A stretch of 64,000 nt of DNA from an uncultured Candidatus Rokubacteria bacterium (GTDB taxonomy: Bacteria > Methylomirabilota > Methylomirabilia > Rokubacteriales > DASRDR01): assembly GCA_963805625.1 (NCBI GenBank), contig CAWDVE010000021.1:256001-320000 (forward strand). The letters run 5' to 3'. Positions 21,138 to 31,921 of this stretch are shown here, piece by piece; within the stretch, counting starts at the first letter, position 1; every line of letters begins with the position of its first letter. The notes under the pieces were generated by a model. The model did not search any database. It was not told the DNA's origin and was given only the letters and a program-made list of their open reading frames with translations. The position numbers and the translations under genes are program-made.

Positions 21138-22549
21138 CGGTCCAGCTCCCCGCCGATCATATTGACGGACCCGAAGGTGGGCACGATGTCGGCGACCATC
21201 CCACCCTCGAGCATGCGGTGGAGCGCCGCCATCGGGGGCAGACAGGGTGGCCGGCACCGCACCCGGTAGGGCCGGTCGGTACCGTCCGACACGATGTAGA
21301 ACCCGAGCTCCCCGTTCGCCCCCTCGACGGGGAAGTACACGTCCCCCCGGGGCGGCCGGATCCCGTAGCCGTCCATGATCAGCATGAAGTGGTTCATGAG
21401 GCCCTCGATCGACCCGTACGTCGTCTCCTTCGGCGGCAGTACGGTGCGCTTGTCGGGGGCGTTGACCGTCACGTGGTGCCGCCGCTCCTGGCCGGCCAGG
21501 TTCGGCGAGAGCCGGATGTCCGTGATCAGGAGGCCCTCGGTCTTGCCGAGCTTCCCCCGGTCGACGTACTCGGCGGGCAGGGCAAACGGGCGCCCCTCGT
21601 GGTCCACGTTGACCGGGCCGCCGGGCAGCTGGGCGAGGGCCTGCTCGGCGATCCGCATCGACTGCTCCATCTCGGCCATGCGGACCAAATACCGGTCGTA
21701 GTTGTCGCCCGTCTCCCCGATCGGGATCTCGAAGTCCAGCCGGTCGTACACCCAGTAGGGCGTCGCCCGCCGGACGTCGAAGGGCACGCCCGAGGCCCGG
21801 AGGAGCGGGCCGGTGACCGCGTACGCGATCGCCTCCTCCCGTGAGAGGATGCCGACGCCCTGCATCCGGTCGACGAAGATCCGGTTGCTGGTGAGCAGCT
21901 TGTGCGACTCCTCGAGCACGGTCCGCGTCTCGGCGAACGCCAGGCGGACGCGCGCCTCGAAGTCGGGTGGGAGGTCCGCTTTGAGCCCGCCCACCCGGCC
22001 GTGCGAGATCGTGAGCCGCGCGCCGGTGACCGCCTCGATCACCTCCCACAGGAACTCGCGCGCCTTGATCATGTAGAGGAAGACGGTGAACGCCCCGAGC
22101 TCCATCGCCGACGCGCCCACGCACGTCAGGTGGTCCGACATGCGCGAGATCTCGCTCAGGATCACGCGGATGTACGCGCACCGCTCCGTCACCTGGATGC
22201 CGAGGAGCTTCTCCACCGCCGAGCAGAACCCGAAGTTGTTGATCAGGGGCGAGACGTAGTTGAGGCGGTCCGTGTACGGCATCGCCGCGTTGTAGGGACC
22301 GATCTCGCATTCCTTCTCGAACGCCCGGTGGAGGTAGCCGATCTCGACGTCGGTCTTGACGACCTGCTCGCCGTCGAGCTCCGTGACGATCCGGACGATG
22401 CCGTGCATCGCCGGGTGCGACGGCCCGAGGTTGACCACGAGGTTCTCGGTGCCGCTCTCCGGCACGCCCTCCCCGAGGAAGATCTCCTGGATGTGCCGGG
22501 AGCCGGCCGCGGGCGGAGTCGCGCTGGTGGTCTCGGGCGTCGGCGTCAT
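21134..22549 (-). CDS. nuoD: Complex I subunit D (locus 1)
   Basis: GPSHPAMHG, GYLHR, DRLNY, C-terminal GELDR. No Ni-binding CxxC. Confidence 0.94.
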   Translation of the reverse strand: MTPTPETTSATPPAAGSRHIQEIFLGEGVPESGTENLVVNLGPSHPAMHGIVRIVTELDGEQVVKTDVEIGYLHRAFEKECEIGPYNAAMPYTDRLNYVSPLINNFGFCSAVEKLLGIQVTERCAYIRVILSEISRMSDHLTCVGASAMELGAFTVFLYMIKAREFLWEVIEAVTGARLTISHGRVGGLKADLPPDFEARVRLAFAETRTVLEESHKLLTSNRIFVDRMQGVGILSREEAIAYAVTGPLLRASGVPFDVRRATPYWVYDRLDFEIPIGETGDNYDRYLVRMAEMEQSMRIAEQALAQLPGGPVNVDHEGRPFALPAEYVDRGKLGKTEGLLITDIRLSPNLAGQERRHHVTVNAPDKRTVLPPKETTYGSIEGLMNHFMLIMDGYGIRPPRGDVYFPVEGANGELGFYIVSDGTDRPYRVRCRPPCLPPMAALHRMLEGGMVADIVPTFGSVNMIGGELDR

Positions 22550-22566
22550 GGGCGTCCCGGGGGGGC

Positions 22567-23064
22567 TCAGTTCCTGGGACCGATCAGGGGCTGCCGCCGG
22601 TTGACGGGGTAGTCCTTGCGGAGCGGGTGCCCCTCGAACTGCTCGTACAGGAGGAGCCGCCGCAGGTCGGGGTGCTCCGCGAAGCGAAGCCCGAACATGT
22701 CCCACACCTCGCGCTCGAGCCAGTCCGCGATCGGCCAGAGCGGCACCGCGGTCGGGACGACCGGGTCGTCCTCCTCGACCCCCGCCTTGATCCGTACCCG
22801 GTGGTTGTGGGGGACCGAGTAGAGGTGGTAGACGACTTCGAACCGCGGGGCTTCCTCGCGGCCGGGGTAGGTGAGGTAGTCCACCGCGGTGAGGTCCATC
22901 AGCATGTCGAACCGGAGGGCCGCGTCGTCCCGGCAGAACCGCAGCACCTCGGGGAGCGCCGCGAGGTCCACGAGCAAGGCGTCGTCGCCGGGCACGGCGT
23001 GGGCCGCGAGGACGCCGGCGCCGAAGCGCTCCGTCAGCCGCGCGAGGATGTCCGGGCCGTTCAT
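22567..23064 (-). CDS. nuoC: Complex I subunit C (locus 1)
   Basis: EREVWDMFG, HPDLRR, GHPLRKDYP. Confidence 0.94.
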   Translation of the reverse strand: MNGPDILARLTERFGAGVLAAHAVPGDDALLVDLAALPEVLRFCRDDAALRFDMLMDLTAVDYLTYPGREEAPRFEVVYHLYSVPHNHRVRIKAGVEEDDPVVPTAVPLWPIADWLEREVWDMFGLRFAEHPDLRRLLLYEQFEGHPLRKDYPVNRRQPLIGPRN

Positions 23065-23092
23065 GGAAGGGGGGCGCGGGCGGGCGCCGGCC

Positions 23093-23551
23093 TCAGTACC
23101 GCTGCCGCCCCGCAGCGATCTTGTCCTGGAGCTTCATGAGGCCGTCGAGCACGCTCTCGGGTCGGGGGGGACACCCCGGGATGTAGACGTCGACGGGGAG
23201 GATCGTGTCGATGCCCTGCACGGTCGCGTAGTTGTCGTAGAACCCGCCCGTGCAGGTGCACACTCCGAAGGCCACCACCCACTTCGGCTCCGTCATCTGG
23301 TCGTAGACCCGCCGGAGGACCGGCGCCATCTTGTGGCTGATCGTCCCCACGACGAACAGGACGTCGGCCTGGCGCGGCGAGAAGCGCGGGAGCCCCGCCC
23401 CGAAGCGGTCGACGTCGTAGTGGGAGCACGAGGTGGCCATGTACTCCATCCCGCAGCAGGCGGTCACGAACGGGTACTGGAAAATGGAGTACTTGCGGGC
23501 CCAGCCGAGCGCCGCGTCGAGCTTCGTCGTAAAGAAGTCCGCTACTCCCAC
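23093..23551 (-). CDS. nuoB: Complex I subunit B (locus 1)
   Basis: [27 protein letters not shown]. Confidence 0.94.
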   Translation of the reverse strand: MGVADFFTTKLDAALGWARKYSIFQYPFVTACCGMEYMATSCSHYDVDRFGAGLPRFSPRQADVLFVVGTISHKMAPVLRRVYDQMTEPKWVVAFGVCTCTGGFYDNYATVQGIDTILPVDVYIPGCPPRPESVLDGLMKLQDKIAAGRQRY

Positions 23552-23892
23552 TGGAGCCCTCCCTTCCGCCAGACGTAGAGGAGCCCCAGCATCAGGATCC
23601 CGAGATACACGACCATGGTCACGAATCCGTAGAGCCCGAGGCTCCGGTACACCACGGTCCACGGGAAGACGAACATCAGCTCGATGTCGAAGATGATGAA
23701 GAAGATCGCCGTGGTCGCGAACTTGATCGCGAACCGCCCCTCCGGGCGCGCGAGCACGTCCTTGCCGCACTCGAACGTCTCCTGCTTGACCGGGGTGGCC
23801 CGCCGCGGGCCGAGGAGCGCGGGGAGGTACGCGAGGAGACACGCCACCCCGAGCGAGATCGCGAACACCATCAGGATCGGGACGTACTGCAT
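23542..23892 (-). CDS. nuoA: Complex I subunit A (locus 1)
   Basis: FECG, FIIFDIE, KGGLQW. Confidence 0.94.
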   Translation of the reverse strand: MQYVPILMVFAISLGVACLLAYLPALLGPRRATPVKQETFECGKDVLARPEGRFAIKFATTAIFFIIFDIELMFVFPWTVVYRSLGLYGFVTMVVYLGILMLGLLYVWRKGGLQWE

Positions 23893-24821
23893 CAGTCCAC
23901 CGGCGGCGGCGCGTCCGCCGCTTCGACCTGGCGCTTCGCGTGATAGGACGAGCGCACGAGCGGACCGGCCTCGACGTGCCGGAACCCGAGCGCGCGGCCG
24001 TCGGCGGCGAACGCCTCGAACTCCGCGGGCGGCACGTAACGCACCACCGGGAGGTGCGCGGGGGACGGCCGGAGGTACTGGCCGAGCGTCAGGAGCTGGA
24101 CCCCGGCGGCCCGGAGATCCGCCATCGTGGCGCGGACCTCGTCCGCCGCCTCGCCCAGGCCGAGCATCATCCCCGACTTCGTGACGGGCTCCGTCGCGTG
24201 CCCGCTCGCTCGTCGGAACAGCTCGAGGCTCCGGGGGTAGCGGGACCCGGGGCGCACCGGCCCGTACAGGCGCGGGACCGTCTCGATGTTGTGATTGAGG
24301 ACGTCAGGCCGGGCCTGGAGCACGGTCTCGAGGGCGGCCGCCGATCCCTGGAAGTCCGGGATCAGCACCTCCACGCGGCAGCCCGGCGCCGCGCGCCGGA
24401 TCGCCGTGATCGTCCGGGCGAAGATCTCGGACCCACCGTCGGTCAGATCGTCCCGGTTGACGCTCGTCACGACGACGTGCTCGAGCCCCATCTCGGCGAC
24501 GGTGCGGCCCACGCGGTCGGGCTCCCCCCAGTCTTCCCACTCGGGCCGGCCGTGCGCCACCGCGCAGAACCCGCACCGGCGGGTGCACACGTCACCCAGG
24601 ATCATGAAGGTCGCCGTCCGCTCTTCCCAGCACTCGCCGATGTTGGGGCAGCGGGCCTCCTCGCAGACCGTGTGGAGGTTCCGCTCGCGCATGAGCGCCT
24701 TCAGGCGCATGTAATTCGCGCCGCCAGGCGCACGCACCTTGAGCCAGGCCGGCTTGCGCGCCTGGAAGTCCCGTAGAGCGTCGGGCTGGATGACGGGAAG
24801 CGTCTGCGTCATGCGTGGCAA
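23892..24821 (-). CDS. lipA: Lipoyl synthase
   Basis: [30 protein letters not shown]. Confidence 0.96.
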   Translation of the reverse strand: MPRMTQTLPVIQPDALRDFQARKPAWLKVRAPGGANYMRLKALMRERNLHTVCEEARCPNIGECWEERTATFMILGDVCTRRCGFCAVAHGRPEWEDWGEPDRVGRTVAEMGLEHVVVTSVNRDDLTDGGSEIFARTITAIRRAAPGCRVEVLIPDFQGSAAALETVLQARPDVLNHNIETVPRLYGPVRPGSRYPRSLELFRRASGHATEPVTKSGMMLGLGEAADEVRATMADLRAAGVQLLTLGQYLRPSPAHLPVVRYVPPAEFEAFAADGRALGFRHVEAGPLVRSSYHAKRQVEAADAPPPVD

Positions 24822-24944
24822 GGGCTTGCGTCGCTGCTCATTATGCCACAGGGCCCCACACGTCCGTAGTGCCGACCCCTCCCCCTCAAATCACAACGGG
24901 GCTCCAATCCGGAGCCCCGTCGCTCCCCGCGCGCAGGGGGGGAG

Positions 24945-25029
<85 letters not shown>

Positions 25030-25164
25030 GCAGGGCGTATCTTGCCGTCCCGCCTCGCGCATTGTCAAGACCGCGGGGGTGCGGGCGTGGCGTCCGAAGG
25101 CTGCGGGCGAGGCCTCCTCGCGACGGCCGGACCGACGGCGGCCACGGCAGGGCCCGATCCCCCG

Positions 25165-26124
25165 TCAGCCCTCGCGGAGCCGCGGGTTGAAGGCCTCGCG
25201 CAGCCCCTCGCCGAAGAGGTTGAAGGCCAGCACGACGACCAGGATCGCCGTCCCCGGGATGAGAGTGAGCCACGGCGCGTCGAAGATGTAGCGCTTGCCG
25301 TCGGCGAGGATGTTGCCCCAGGTCGCGTCCGGTGGGGGCACGCCGAACCCGAGGAAGGACAGGCTCGACTCCGTCAGGATCGCCCCTGCGACACCGAGCG
25401 TGGCCGAGACCAGGACCGGGCCGAGTGCGTTCGGGAGGAGGTGGACCCCGATCATCCGGGCGCCCCGGGCCCCGGCCGCCTGCGCCGCCTGGACGAACTC
25501 CCGCTCGCGGAGGGACAGCACCTCCGCCCGGACGAAGCGCGCCGTCCCCTCCCAGCTGGTGACCCCGATCACGACCATGATGTTCCAGATCGACGGCCGG
25601 AGGATGGCGATGACGGTCAGGATGAGGAAGAACGTCGGAAACGAGAGCATGACGTCGATGAGCCCCGTGATCAGCGTGTCCACCGTGAGGAGCCGCACGG
25701 GACCGAGCCGGAAGCGCACGGGGCCGTAGTACCCGGCCAGGCCGCCGAGGGCGATCCCGATCGCGACGGCCAGGCCGACCGCGACGAAGCCGACCGAGAG
25801 GGAGACGAACGCCCCCTCGAGCATGCGGGCGAAGACGTCCCGCCCGAGCTCGTCCGTGCCGAAGAGGTAGATCCCGAGCCGCGGGAGGCTCGCCGCCGGC
25901 ACCGCTGTGCGGTTCGGCCGCGCGAAGGGGCCCTGGAGGCGGTCGGGCAGGCGCACCTCGCGCGGGTCGAGGACCGGATGCGCGCCCTTCGTCAGCAGGA
26001 TCCCGACGAGCGCGATCAGGAAGAACCCGAGGACGACCGCGAGCCCGAGGACCGCCGGGCGGTTCTGGCGGAAGGCCCGCCAGACGAGCCGACCCGGCGA
26101 CTCGCTGCGCGCCGCGGGGCTCAC
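25165..26124 (-). CDS. Peptide ABC transporter permease (OppC/DppC type)
   Basis: [15 protein letters not shown]...[13 protein letters not shown]. Confidence 0.92.
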   Translation of the reverse strand: MSPAARSESPGRLVWRAFRQNRPAVLGLAVVLGFFLIALVGILLTKGAHPVLDPREVRLPDRLQGPFARPNRTAVPAASLPRLGIYLFGTDELGRDVFARMLEGAFVSLSVGFVAVGLAVAIGIALGGLAGYYGPVRFRLGPVRLLTVDTLITGLIDVMLSFPTFFLILTVIAILRPSIWNIMVVIGVTSWEGTARFVRAEVLSLREREFVQAAQAAGARGARMIGVHLLPNALGPVLVSATLGVAGAILTESSLSFLGFGVPPPDATWGNILADGKRYIFDAPWLTLIPGTAILVVVLAFNLFGEGLREAFNPRLREG

Positions 26125-26131
26125 CCGCGCC

Positions 26132-27088
26132 TCATAGCCGGATCCGCGGGTCGACCAGCATGTAGAGAAGGTCCGAGAACAGCGTGCCCGCCACCGTGAG
26201 GAGCGCCGCGATGAAGTTCAGCGCGATCACCACCGGATAGTCGCGCGCCAGGATCGCCTCGTAGCCGAGCCGGCCGATGCCCGGCCACGCGAAGATCGTC
26301 TCGAAGATCACGCTGCCGCCGATTAGCCCCGGGATCAGGAGCCCCAGCATCGTGACGAAGGGGAGGAGCCCGTTCCGGAGCGCGTGGCGGTAGAGCACGG
26401 CGTCCTCGGGCAGCCCCTTGGCCCGGGCGGTCCGGACGTAGTCCGAGCTGATGACCTCCAGCATCTGCGACCGCACGTACCGGGAGAGCACCGCGATCCC
26501 GGCCGTCGCGCCCAGCACCGAGGGCAGGACGAGGTGCCAGGTGCGGTCCATGATCCACCGCCACCCTGTGGGATCGCGTCCGAACGTCTGGAAGCCGATC
26601 ACGTCCACGTGGAACGTCCGCACCACGAAGATGATCGCCAGGTAGGAGAGGTAGAAGCCGGGGATCGAGATCAGCGCGAAGACGACCACCGTCACCACGC
26701 GGTCGAACCAGGAGTTGCGCCGGACGGCCGACGCGATCCCGAGCGGGAAGGCGAAGCACCAGACGAGGACGGTGCCGACGACGAAGAGGGGGAAGCTGTT
26801 CCACGCCCGCTCGACGATCTTCGGCAGGACCGGCTGGTTGTCCTTGAACGCGCGCAGCTGGCCGGTGAACAGCCGCTGGTAGAAGAGCCCGTACTGGACG
26901 TAGAGGGGCTTGTCCAGATCGAACGCGGCCCGGTAGCGCTGGAGCTGCTCCTTGGTGAAGCGGGGGTTCAGGGGGTCGATCTGGCTGGGCGACCCGGGGG
27001 CGAGATGGACGACGGCGAACGAGACGATCGAGATGATGAGGAGCGTCCAGAGCTTCCGCCCGAGGGCCCGCAGGACGAACGGGAGCAT
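26132..27088 (-). CDS. Peptide ABC transporter permease (OppB/DppB type)
   Basis: LDKPLYVQY, DYVRTARAKGL, ETIFAWPGIG, DPRI. Confidence 0.92.
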   Translation of the reverse strand: MLPFVLRALGRKLWTLLIISIVSFAVVHLAPGSPSQIDPLNPRFTKEQLQRYRAAFDLDKPLYVQYGLFYQRLFTGQLRAFKDNQPVLPKIVERAWNSFPLFVVGTVLVWCFAFPLGIASAVRRNSWFDRVVTVVVFALISIPGFYLSYLAIIFVVRTFHVDVIGFQTFGRDPTGWRWIMDRTWHLVLPSVLGATAGIAVLSRYVRSQMLEVISSDYVRTARAKGLPEDAVLYRHALRNGLLPFVTMLGLLIPGLIGGSVIFETIFAWPGIGRLGYEAILARDYPVVIALNFIAALLTVAGTLFSDLLYMLVDPRIRL

Positions 27089-27090
27089 GC

Positions 27091-29223
27091 TCAGGTCGGG
27101 CTCAGCTCGGAGCGATAGGGCGGCAGGACCGGCGTGGGCGTTTTCCGCCACTGGTTGAAGTCGAACCCGATGGCCCCGAGCCGGTTCACCTGGAACGGCA
27201 GGTAGCGAGGCTTCCCGTCCGGCCCCGGCACCTCGCGCACGACCTTGCCGTCCATCAGCGAGAGGACCCGGCGCACGTACAGGAACGTGTAGGGCTGGTC
27301 GTGGGCGATCAGCCGGTGGAGCTCCCGCGCCATCGCCGTCTGGCGCGCGTCGTCGTACTCCTGCCGGATCCGGATCATGAGGTCGTCCGCCTTCGGGTTC
27401 TGGTAGCCCACGAAGTTGAGCTGGAAGTGATCCGTCTGGCTCGAGTGGAAGAGCTGGTAGATGTCGGGGTTCAGGTCCATGGCCCAGCCGAGGACGACCG
27501 CGTCGAAGTCGCCCTTGTCGACGCGCTGGTTGATGAACACCGCCCATTCGAGCTCGAGCGTGTCCACCTGCACGCCCAACCGCCGCCACGCGTTCTGGGC
27601 GATCACCATGATCGCCTTCCGCTCCTCGTTCCCCGAGTTCGTGAGGAGGGTGAAGGCGAGGGGCTTGCCGTCCTTTTCCAGGAGCCCAGCCGCATTCCGG
27701 TGCCAGCCCGCCTCCCGGAGGAGGCGCGCGGCGCCGTCCGGGTCGTAGGGGAGGGGCCTCACGTCCGGATCGTAGTAGGGCACCTGGCGCGGGAAGGGGC
27801 CGGCGGTCCGCTCGCCCTGGCCGTAGAGGACGTAGCGGATGATCTCGTCGACGTCGATCGCGAGCCCGAGCGCGGTCCGCACCCGGACGTCCTGAAAGAC
27901 CGGGCGCCGCATGTTGTAGCCGATGTACGTGTACCCGAGGGCGAGGGCCGTGGCGGCGTGGAACCGGGGGTCGTTCCGGAGCCGGGCGGCCTGGTGGGGC
28001 TGGGCGCTGTAGCCGTCCGCCGTCCCGGCGTAGAAGGCGAGCTCCGCGGTGAGGAGATCCGGGATGATCCGGATCAGGTACTCGCGGAAGTTCGGCGCGC
28101 CCTCCCAGTAGTCGTCGTTGCGCACCAGCCGGATGAACTGGTCGGTCTTCCACTCGGCGAAGCGGTACGCGCCGGTGCCCACCGGGCGGCGGTTGAAGCT
28201 CGCGTCCCGGACGCTGAACTTGGCCGGGTCCTTGCCGGCCGCCCGCGCCTCGGCGGTGAGCCGCTCGCGGTTCAGGAGGTGCTCCGGGAGGATGCCCATG
28301 GCCCAGCTCTCGAAGCCCGGCTGGAAGAGCCGCTTGTACGTGACGCGGACCGTGTAGCGATCGGGCGTGTCCACCCGCTTCACCGGCTCGTAGTCGGGGA
28401 CGCGGGGCGAGAGGTTCTTCGGGTCCACGATCGTCTCGTACGTAAACTGCACGTCGCGCGACGTGAGCTCCTGGCCGTCGTGAAACCGCACGCCTCGGCG
28501 AAGCGCGAAGACGATGACCGGGTTGGCCTCGGCGGGCTGGACGTGCTCCTCGGCGGCGAGGCGCGCGAGCGCGGGGTCGGGCGCCTCGACGTAGCGAAGC
28601 GGATCGAGCTTGTCCGCGTACCCTCCCAGGACCCGGTCGACCTCCCGGAAGAAGTCCTGGTCGACCTCGCTCAGCGTGAACTTGATCCGGGGCGGGCGCC
28701 GGATCGTGACCGGCACCGGGGCAGCGGGCGCCGCCCCCCGGGCCGGAGGGCCTGTCGGGGGCGGCGTCAGCTGGACCGTCAGGGTCTCGGCCGGCAGGAT
28801 CTCCATGGCCTGGACCCGGCGGAGGGGCGGCGCGCCCGCCGCGCGAGCGGCCTGGAGCCGGTCGAGGAGCGCGCGCGGCGCGGCCGGCGTGCCGTCCCGG
28901 AGCCGCAGGGTCTCGTCGGCGAAGAGGTAGGCCTCCTCGGAGATCCGCCAGGACTCAGCGAGGCGCCCCCGGAAGGTGAGGTCGAGGTTCCGATCGATCA
29001 GCCCCTCGAACACCTGGTTGTTGACCTCGCTCGACGCGGAGTCGGCGGAGAGCGTTGGGTTGAGGATGGAGGCGTCGCCGATCCGAGCGACGACGTATCG
29101 GGTGAGGCGCCCCGCGTCGCCCCGCGCCTGGTCCTCGAACGTCGGCACCCAGAAGTACGACTGGAGCAGGACCAGGCTGACCAGCGTCGGCGCCGCGAGC
29201 AGGAGCCCCTTCGTCGAGCGCAT
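27091..29223 (-). CDS. Peptide ABC transporter substrate-binding protein (family 5, AppA-like) with a large insertion
   Basis: LNP, FEGL, LAESW, GVRFHDG...DVQFT, PVGTGAY, VRTAL..AID. Confidence 0.9.
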   Translation of the reverse strand: MRSTKGLLLAAPTLVSLVLLQSYFWVPTFEDQARGDAGRLTRYVVARIGDASILNPTLSADSASSEVNNQVFEGLIDRNLDLTFRGRLAESWRISEEAYLFADETLRLRDGTPAAPRALLDRLQAARAAGAPPLRRVQAMEILPAETLTVQLTPPPTGPPARGAAPAAPVPVTIRRPPRIKFTLSEVDQDFFREVDRVLGGYADKLDPLRYVEAPDPALARLAAEEHVQPAEANPVIVFALRRGVRFHDGQELTSRDVQFTYETIVDPKNLSPRVPDYEPVKRVDTPDRYTVRVTYKRLFQPGFESWAMGILPEHLLNRERLTAEARAAGKDPAKFSVRDASFNRRPVGTGAYRFAEWKTDQFIRLVRNDDYWEGAPNFREYLIRIIPDLLTAELAFYAGTADGYSAQPHQAARLRNDPRFHAATALALGYTYIGYNMRRPVFQDVRVRTALGLAIDVDEIIRYVLYGQGERTAGPFPRQVPYYDPDVRPLPYDPDGAARLLREAGWHRNAAGLLEKDGKPLAFTLLTNSGNEERKAIMVIAQNAWRRLGVQVDTLELEWAVFINQRVDKGDFDAVVLGWAMDLNPDIYQLFHSSQTDHFQLNFVGYQNPKADDLMIRIRQEYDDARQTAMARELHRLIAHDQPYTFLYVRRVLSLMDGKVVREVPGPDGKPRYLPFQVNRLGAIGFDFNQWRKTPTPVLPPYRSELSPT

Positions 29224-29245
29224 CCGGCGGGCCTCGTCCGCTCCC

Positions 29246-30877
29246 TCAGCTCGCGACCGCGTCGTCCTCGACCACCTCGAGGTCCAGCGCGGCGGCGATG
29301 AGCGCCCGCGTGTAGGGGTGCGCCGGCCGCTCGAAGATCTGGGCGGTCGGCCCCCGCTCGACGACCGACCCCGCCCGCATCACGATGACCTCGTCGCTCA
29401 ACGCCCGGATCACCCCGAGATCGTGGCTGATGAAGAGGTAGGCGAGCCGGTACCGCGCCTGGAGCTCCTGCAGGAGGTCGATCATCTGCGCCTGGATGGA
29501 CCGGTCGAGCGCGGAGGTAGGCTCGTCGAGGATGATGAGCCGCGGCGTGAGGACGAGGGCGCGCGCCAGCGCGACCCGCTGCCGCTGGCCGCCCGAGAGC
29601 TCGTGGGGGTAGCGGTCGCGCACCTCCGGATCGAGTCCCACCTCCGCCAGCGCGCGGGCGATCAGGGCCTCCCGCTCCTCGGCGCTCCGGCCGACGTGGT
29701 GGACGCCGAGCCCCTCCCCGACGATCTGGCCGACCGACTGCCGGGGCGACAGCGAGCCGTAGGGATCCTGGAAGACCATCTGCATCTCCCGGCGGAGCGG
29801 CCGGAGCGCCCGTGAGCCGAGCCCCTGGAGCTCGCGGCCCCGGAACTGGATGCGCCCCTCGCTCCGGAGGAGCCGGAGCAGCGCCAGCCCCAGCGTGGTC
29901 TTGCCCGAACCGCTCTCGCCCACGACGCCGACCGTCTGGCCCTCCCGAACCGTGACGCTCACCCCGTCCACCGCCTTGACGTGGTCCACCGTGCGCCGCA
30001 GCACCCCTGCCTTGACGGGGAACCAGACCTTCACGGCCTCGGCCATCATGATGACCGGCGACTCCCCGGCGGGGCCCGGCAGCCGCGGCGCCGGGTCGGC
30101 GGCCAGAAGGCGCTGCGTATACACGTGCTGCGGCCGCGCGAAGACGTCGGCCGCGGCCCCGGTCTCGACGACCTCGCCCTGGGTCATGACGAGAACGCGA
30201 TCGGCCATCTTCCGGACGATCTTGAGGTCGTGCGTGATCAAGAGGAGCGCCATCCCGAACCGCGCCTTGAGGTCCCGGAGCAGCTTCAGGATCTGCGCCT
30301 CGATGGTGACGTCGAGCGCCGTCGTCGGCTCGTCCGCGATCAGGAGGTCGGGCTCGTTGGCGAGCGCCATGGCAATCATCACGCGCTGGCGCTGGCCCCC
30401 CGAGAGCTGGTGGGGATACGCGTCGAGCCGCCGCGCCGCCTCGGGGAGGCCGACGAGGCCCAGGAGCTCGAGCGTCCGCGCCCGCGCCGCCCGCCGCCCG
30501 AGCCCCTTGTGGACGAACAGCACCTCATTGATCTGCTTCTCGATGGTGTGGAGCGGGTTCAGGGATGTCATCGGCTCCTGGAAGATCATCGCGATCCGGT
30601 TGCCGCGCACCTGCCGCAAGGTCGCCTCGGGAGCCCCCAGCAGCTCGCGCCCCTGGAAGACGATGCTCCCGGAGGGATGGCGCGCCGTCGGGTAGGGCAG
30701 GAGCTGGAGGATGGACAGGGCGGTGACGGACTTGCCCGAACCGCTCTCGCCCACGAGTCCGACCGTCTCCCCCTTCGCGAGGTCGAGCGACACGTGGCGC
30801 ACGGCCCGCACCTCGCCGCCCGGCGTGTCGAACGACACGGACAGGTCGCGGATCGACAGGATCGGCGTCGCCGCCAT
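29246..30877 (-). CDS. yejF: Dual-domain peptide ABC ATPase
   Basis: Two GESGSGK Walker A motifs and two LSGGQRQR signatures. Confidence 0.88.
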   Translation of the reverse strand: MAATPILSIRDLSVSFDTPGGEVRAVRHVSLDLAKGETVGLVGESGSGKSVTALSILQLLPYPTARHPSGSIVFQGRELLGAPEATLRQVRGNRIAMIFQEPMTSLNPLHTIEKQINEVLFVHKGLGRRAARARTLELLGLVGLPEAARRLDAYPHQLSGGQRQRVMIAMALANEPDLLIADEPTTALDVTIEAQILKLLRDLKARFGMALLLITHDLKIVRKMADRVLVMTQGEVVETGAAADVFARPQHVYTQRLLAADPAPRLPGPAGESPVIMMAEAVKVWFPVKAGVLRRTVDHVKAVDGVSVTVREGQTVGVVGESGSGKTTLGLALLRLLRSEGRIQFRGRELQGLGSRALRPLRREMQMVFQDPYGSLSPRQSVGQIVGEGLGVHHVGRSAEEREALIARALAEVGLDPEVRDRYPHELSGGQRQRVALARALVLTPRLIILDEPTSALDRSIQAQMIDLLQELQARYRLAYLFISHDLGVIRALSDEVIVMRAGSVVERGPTAQIFERPAHPYTRALIAAALDLEVVEDDAVAS

Positions 30878-31920
30878 CACACGGTCTTCCGTGGGTCGAA
30901 CGCGTCCCGCACGGCCTCCCCGATGAAGATCAGCAGGCTCAGCATCACGGCCAGGACCGCGAACCCCGTGATGCCCAACCACGGGGCCTGGAGGTTCGCC
31001 TTGCCCTGGGCCAGCACCTCGCCGAGCGACGCCGAGCCCGGCGGCAGGCCGAAGCCAAGAAAGTCGAGCGACGTCAGCGTCGTGATGGAGCCGTTCAGGA
31101 TGAACGGCAGGAAGGTCAGCGTGGCGACCATCGCGTTCGGCAGCACGTGCCGGAACATGATCACGCTGTTCCGGACGCCGAGCGCGCGCGCGGCGCGCAC
31201 GTAGTCGAAGTTGCGGGCACGCAGGAACTCGGCGCGGACCACGCCGACGAGCGACATCCAGCTGAAGAGTAGCATGAGCCCCAGGAGCCACCAGAACGTC
31301 GGCTCGACGATGCTGGCGAGGATGATGAGGAGGTAGAGCACCGGCAGGCCGGACCACGTCTCGATGAAGCGCTGGAACCACAGGTCCGTCAGCCCGCCGA
31401 AGTACCCCTGGACCGCGCCCGCAATGATCCCGATCACGGAGCTCAGCACCGTCAGGGTGAGCCCGAACAGGACGGAGATCCGGAAGCCGTAGATCAGCCG
31501 GGCCGTCAGGTCGCGCCCCTGGTCGTCGGTCCCGAGCCAGTTGACCCGCGACGGCGGCGCCGGCGCGGGCACCGGCAGGTCGTAGTTGATGGTGTCGTAG
31601 CGGAACGGGATCGGGGGCCAGAGGAGCCACCCCTTCTCGCGGATCATCCCGATGACGGCCGGGTCGCGATAGACCGCCTCGGTGGGGAACGCGCCACCGA
31701 AGGCCGTCTCCGGATAGGCGCGGAGGACCGGGAAGTAGAACGCTCCGTCGAACCGGACCACCAGCGGGCGGTCGTTCGCGATCCCCTCGGCCAGGAGGCT
31801 CAGACCGAACAGCACCCCGAAGATCCAGAGCGACCAGAAGCCGCGCCGGTTCGCGCGGAAGTTGTGGAGGCGGCGCCGCGTGAGCGGGCTCAGGCGCCGG
31901 CTCACCCCCTGCGGGCGCAC
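30877..31920 (-). CDS. yejE: Microcin C/peptide ABC permease
   Basis: NRRGFWSL, IANDRP, WLGTDDQGRD, VRAEFLRARNFDYV. Confidence 0.9.
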   Translation of the reverse strand: MRPQGVSRRLSPLTRRRLHNFRANRRGFWSLWIFGVLFGLSLLAEGIANDRPLVVRFDGAFYFPVLRAYPETAFGGAFPTEAVYRDPAVIGMIREKGWLLWPPIPFRYDTINYDLPVPAPAPPSRVNWLGTDDQGRDLTARLIYGFRISVLFGLTLTVLSSVIGIIAGAVQGYFGGLTDLWFQRFIETWSGLPVLYLLIILASIVEPTFWWLLGLMLLFSWMSLVGVVRAEFLRARNFDYVRAARALGVRNSVIMFRHVLPNAMVATLTFLPFILNGSITTLTSLDFLGFGLPPGSASLGEVLAQGKANLQAPWLGITGFAVLAVMLSLLIFIGEAVRDAFDPRKTV

Positions 31921-31921
31921 G

